DNA from: the human T2T-CHM13v2.0 reference genome, Homo sapiens
NCBI RefSeq assembly: GCF_009914755.1
Contig: NC_060930.1
Direction: 5' to 3' (one strand)
Length of the DNA: 64,000 bases
This document shows, piece after piece, positions 58,852 to 64,000 of the stretch; position 1 is the first letter of the stretch; the number at the start of each line of letters is the position of its first letter. A program made the position numbers and the translations under genes. Under the pieces are notes generated by a model. The model searched no databases. It had not been told where the DNA came from and saw only the letters and a program-made list of their open reading frames with translations.

Positions 58852-59262
58852 AAGATTAATCTCAATTCAGTTTTTTCAACATAAGCACAAATATGTCCAA
58901 TTTGTCATGAGTATAGGGTTTAGGACTAAAAACACAGAACTAAACACCAAATGCAAAGCAATTCTTCCCAAAAAAATAGCTTTCCCCAAATCACTCAGTA
59001 ATTTCACGATAGAATTCCCAAAATATTAAGAAATCTAGGACTATTACCCTGTAATAATAAAGCCCTCAAAATCTAAAGAAAGAAATAGATCAAAATACAT
59101 TTATTATTGAGATGTAAGGACAAAGTATTGGAGACTATAAGTTAATAGTCTGAATAATGAATCTAGAGAAAATAGGAGGAAAACGATGGGGGTCACTGCA
59201 ACCAATTCTGAAAATTCTAGAATGCGTATGTGATCGAACAGAGAAAAAATAAGTGCAATTCA

Positions 59263-59400
59263 TCTATATTTATATATTTAGATAATATATAATATACATT
59301 AAATAGATTTAGATAATGTATTAATATTAAATATATTTGTTTATTAAATATATTTATATTAGTATTAATATATACTAAAGTATATATTAATAATATAAGT
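59263..59400. repeat. AT-rich low-complexity tract
   Basis: Direct reading. Confidence 0.9.
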
Positions 59401-62400
59401 AACATGCAAAGTATATTGAACCCTCTACTAAATCTCTTAATTAAAACCTAACTGTTTTATTACTTTAGGATTCAACAGCTGTACAAATTTAAGTTCACAT
59501 TTTCCTGGAGGACTTAATTAGTGAAATAAATGACTAGCAGACTAATTCATAGTAGAGAAATAAGAACTCGGCATTTTGGAATGTGGTATATTTGTTGAAT
59601 CTCCCTCTGTTCCTTGGCCTTCTCTTGCAAAGTCTGACAATGTTACAAAAGTACATAGCCAAGAGTGAGTGAGGCACAGAGCAAATGTGAAAAACTCTCT
59701 TCTATTATACAACAAGACAGTGAAATGTTTTTCTTAGAAAAAAATTCTCTCCCTATCAATAGTCCCAAATACTAATGCAGACTTTATTTCCAAATAAGTT
59801 TCTTATGTCAATCTGTTTTAAATAAATTCTGATCACTTTAAAAGCAAAACTTGGGAGAAAATTACATGTTAGTAGGTTTGATCTGTTCAATAGTCTCACA
59901 GTGTACTCTCAAACTTGGGTGAACCAGGATTAAGTTCCAGTAGTCTTACAAAAAAAAAGACACACAAAAATCTACTAAAGATGCCATATCACTAGTCTTA
60001 TACTCATAATGAGAAATTATTAGGCCCATCCAAAGATGATAGAACTTTCCATATTTTTAGTCGCTTCATGTTTACAAGTCACAGATAAACTTCCCTGCAA
60101 GGCATCCTGTTCTCCATTCCTGAGATTAAATAAATCAATAATAGAAATCATCTTGCAATACAGATGCTTCCTTCCCCAACCGAAATATTCTTATAAAAAT
60201 TTAACAAGAAAATTTTCAAACATCTCATAATGTTGTTTTTACAAAGCAACTGTTAGTTATAAACAAGTCTTTTAGGTCTCAAGGAGATTTAAGATACTTC
60301 AAAGGCTTGATCTAAACCCTCTAAATCCAGGTTGCTTTCACATATTTTCTAAAACATAGTATGTTAAATTTAATGTTTGAAAAAATGTTTTAAGTGTTTT
60401 GTTATGCACTGGAAAAATTTAAACAGATCTTATTCTAAGAAATTAGCATTTTCTGGAACTTCCATTTTTACTAATTCCTTTCTTTACAAAAAATAAAGAA
60501 GCAAGTACTGTTTTTCTGTAAATGTTTGCAAACTTATTAAAGAAATAACACATCTCATCTACCCAAGGCAGTGTACATTAACATATTTTTATGTACATTT
60601 AAAAAAGAAATTCCTCACAACCTAGTTGTTGCAGATGTTCCTCTTGGTGACTCTTCTTATCAGGAGAGAGACTGATCTGTCTTCTTTTAGTATATCCTAT
60701 AGGTCAGTGGCAAGAAAAAACAAATAAAGGCCATTTTAATAATTATTAGAAGCTTGTACAAATATTAACTACAAAAACCTGCTATTCTGAATTGTTCAGT
60801 TAATATTGAATGATACATAATTTTTTAATTCTGACTGAATAATTTATAAAAACATACATAGTGGTATTTTTTTAAACTAAAAGTTATAGTATACATTTTT
60901 TTCCTGTCAGCTTTAAGTGATGGTGTAGATTGGGTTCACCCTGACAGGTTTGGGTTATCTGAAATAAAAGTCACAGTTTCTTAGGGCGGCATTTTTTATT
61001 TCATAAGAGTGATTCAATTGAACTGAATAATTTCTCAGCTTTCCACTGTTCTTTCCTAGGAAAAAAGAACTGTATACAACAATAATTTATTATTTCTTGT
61101 TTTAGTACATATTTTGAAAGTTTTACAACCCAAAGGAACACAGATAACTCTTTAAAGTTCCATTTCCTCTGAAATAAAACAATGTGTAGCTCTTACCACC
61201 AGCTGGACATATTTCCCTCAATTTCAAAATAAAAGAAGAAATGTTGGTCTATTTGTTATACTTGTTATTATTTCTGTTTATCCATGCAAAGTAGCAGAAG
61301 TTTAAGAGGCATTCATTTATACCAATTTTGCACAATGAGATCCTGTAATCTTTCCGTTGTATGTGTAATGTATAGAAGGTGTTCATTACTTAGCATATTG
61401 AAGAGGCAACCATTGAAAAAAGAAAGATAGTCATATTATGACATTTAATCAGAATTGAGTCATGGTTATAATTATCTGTTACTTTATGCTTCCTGAATTT
61501 CCAAATTGTTCCAAAATAGATTAAATATGCATATTTTTAAAAGAAGGAAATTAGAATAATAGTTTTTAATGTTCCAAGGACTTGTCCATTGATGTCCTAG
61601 CCCATCTTTTAAATATACAAAGACAATAAAAACACAGGAGTAATAGAAACCAAAGATATGAGCTCTTTCCTTGAAGGAAAAATTATGTAATTGATTTTCA
61701 GTTGATATTTTGTAAGGATTGCTGCTAAAAGAATACTGTACTATAGTGAAAACTGAGTTTATTCTGTCTCCTATTACAAAATTAACAATTTAATAATTTT
61801 CTTTCTGTTTATTCTTCTAACAATCCTAAATATGAAATTTTATTTTGAGCACTATGTACCTAATTTTGTTAGTTACTACAGAGTGGCAAGTTCAAGTTCT
61901 TTTATATCTCCTTTTTTCACACACATGTGCACACACAAAAGCACAGAGTTGTATATCTGAACGCATAGTAATTATTCAAGCAATCATTGGACATTTACTG
62001 GGCACTCATGCTTTTAGACAATAATAGAGCTCAGGTTCCTAAAGTGAGAAGATCAGTGTTTATGACAGTTGCTTTGTCCTCTGTATTTTCATCAAGATCC
62101 AGCCCCCACCCATTAACACAGAATCTACAAAAGAATTAAACTAAAACATTTTAAATTCCCAATGAGATACGTGCTCATCTTCCAAGTATTCATTCCCTCT
62201 TCCCTAGAACATGAGCCTTAATGCCTGTATAGTAAAAGAGCCCAAACTGTTTAACTGTCCAGGTAGTAATAATAGTAACTTGTATTCTTATAGTGCAAGG
62301 AAACAAGAGAGAAGATGATAAAATGCAAATTTCCTAATTAGATTCAAAAGTCCATGATAAATTTTTTCTTCCCTCCTGCAAAGACAACAGACATCTGGAT

Positions 62401-62542
62401 TTTATAGTATATTTATTCCATCATTCATTCTCTTATTTATTCACTTATCTTTGTGTCTTTTAACTGGAAACCATTAGACAGTCTATACAATGGTTTTAGA
62501 AAGTGATTTGCATACTACTAATGTCAAAATACCTATAGTTTA

Positions 62543-63026
62543 AAAAGACACATGCACATGTATGTTCATCACAGCATTATTCATAATAGCAAAGACATGG
62601 AATCAATCTAGATGCCCATCAATGGTGGACTAGCTAAAGAAAAAGTGGCACATATATACCATGGAATACTACGCAGCCATAACAAAGAATTAAATGACCT
62701 TTGCAGCAACATAGACACAGCTGGAGGCCATTATCCTAAGTGAACTAATGATGCAGGAACAAATAACCAAATACCACATGTTCTCACTTATAAATGGGGG
62801 GTAAACATTGAGTGCAAAGAGGGAAACAACAAACATTGGGGCCTACTTGAAGGTGGAGTGGGGGAGGAGGGAGAAGTTCAAAAAACTACCTTTTGGGTAC
62901 TGTGCTCACTATCTCGGTGACAAAATCATTTATACAACAAATCCTAGCAACATGAAATTTGCCCATGTAATAAACCTGCACATGTATCCCCTGAACCTAA
63001 AATAAAAGTTGAAAAAGAAAAAAAAA
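62543..63026 (+). mobile_element. L1 3' fragment (old L1PA/L1PB)
   Basis: aaagacacatgcacatgtatgttcat...ccctgaacctaaaataaaagtt plus A tail. Confidence 0.92.
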
Positions 63027-63266
63027 GGAAACATAACCCAATTAATTTGGCTTAAAAGAGTTACAATACCAAAGTAACTTTGACCTCCCTAGAAAATTCA
63101 GATGGAATAGTTTCTATCATATTAAATATCCACCAACTAATTTATAGTGTTTGTAAGATGCTATGCATTTATAAAAATCACAGAAACCTCTTTTGAACAC
63201 TGACTGTTCATTTATAACTTTTCATCATTTTTTTCAAAAGTCATTATTAAAGAAGTGTTTGTTTTC

Positions 63267-63439
63267 ACACACACACACACACACACAAAGATTAATTACT
63301 GTATTCTATTAGTTACTGTATTCTATTCTGAGGACAGTTTGTCAAGATGCTACTTGTCCTGTGATGTGTAAATAACATATTTATGTTATAAATTGCTACT
63401 TGTCCTGGGATATGTAAATAACATATTTATGTTATAAAT
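63267..63439. repeat. (CA)n, a 17-bp tandem duplication and a 46-bp tandem duplication (63348-63393 / 63394-63439)
   Basis: Direct reading; the 46-bp copies differ at 2 sites. Confidence 0.9.
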
Positions 63440-64000
63440 TTGTGTCATTAAGAAGATAAATATGCACAGCTATAAGAAATATTAAGTTTATTTATATCCA
63501 TGAAAGAAAGTCAGGTCTCTTTTCTTGCAAAGAAAATTGCTAGAGAATAATTGTGCAATGAAGAATCCTATGTCTGGTGTGCCCAAGTACATTGTCAAAT
63601 AGTTCCGACATTCTTCATTGCACCAAAGAACCTTCCTACAGTATTCAACACCCAAATATCCTTGGTTCCATGTAGAAGCACACTTGGAACCAAGCTTTCC
63701 AACACTTAAGGGAATGTTTGCTGTGTAGAGTATCTTTTGAAGTGCTAGTCAGGACAAAACAGTAAAAAGCTTTAGCCATTAAGATGTCAACTGAGTGAAG
63801 TATCCTCACCTGAACTCCATACTGCAAGAACCATGCTGCCATGTTTAAAATTCTGACTCAGACAACTAACTGTACCCAATTCCAAAACACACTTCTTGCC
63901 TATACAAGTTTTTAAAAAGAGACTTCAAGGTAAGGGATAAAGCTTGCATCAAGGCTTAGAACATAGATGCATTTAATCAAGATCACACATGAGAGAAAGG

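Noticed and set aside
63661-63694. 10-bp stem cttggttcca/tggaaccaag (also the short hairpin at 722-756)
   Set aside because: Too short for a pre-miRNA, no snoRNA box architecture, and plausible by chance in 64 kb

Overview
Primate (most likely human) genomic DNA that is AT-rich, repeat-dense and intergenic or deep-intronic. I can support no protein-coding gene: ORFs with recognisable similarity are broken L1 ORF1/ORF2 pieces or Alu, THE1 and simple-repeat read-throughs, and the rest look like chance ORFs. Main contents: (i) a two-LTR THE1 MaLR provirus with an intact TSD (4301-6401) and several solo THE1/MST/MLT1/ERVL LTRs; (ii) an 11-kb nested retrotransposon stack (7.66-18.94 kb): L2 > 5'-inverted L1MA > AluJ > full-length L1PA > 2 AluS, plus a second L1MA; (iii) many Alu, L2, MIR and hAT fossils; (iv) the most unusual part, a small CpG island/promoter-like region at ~51.8-53.1 kb. 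It is bracketed by a ~460-bp inverted duplication (~90% identity by hand alignment, datable by Alu nesting) and contains a diverged ~140-bp direct duplication, a TATA plus TCT/ETS core, a consensus CTCF site and candidate non-coding exons. Subfamily names come from recalled consensus sequences, not a database search. I see no evidence of a new enzymatic system; the best lead is the rearrangement-built promoter cassette.
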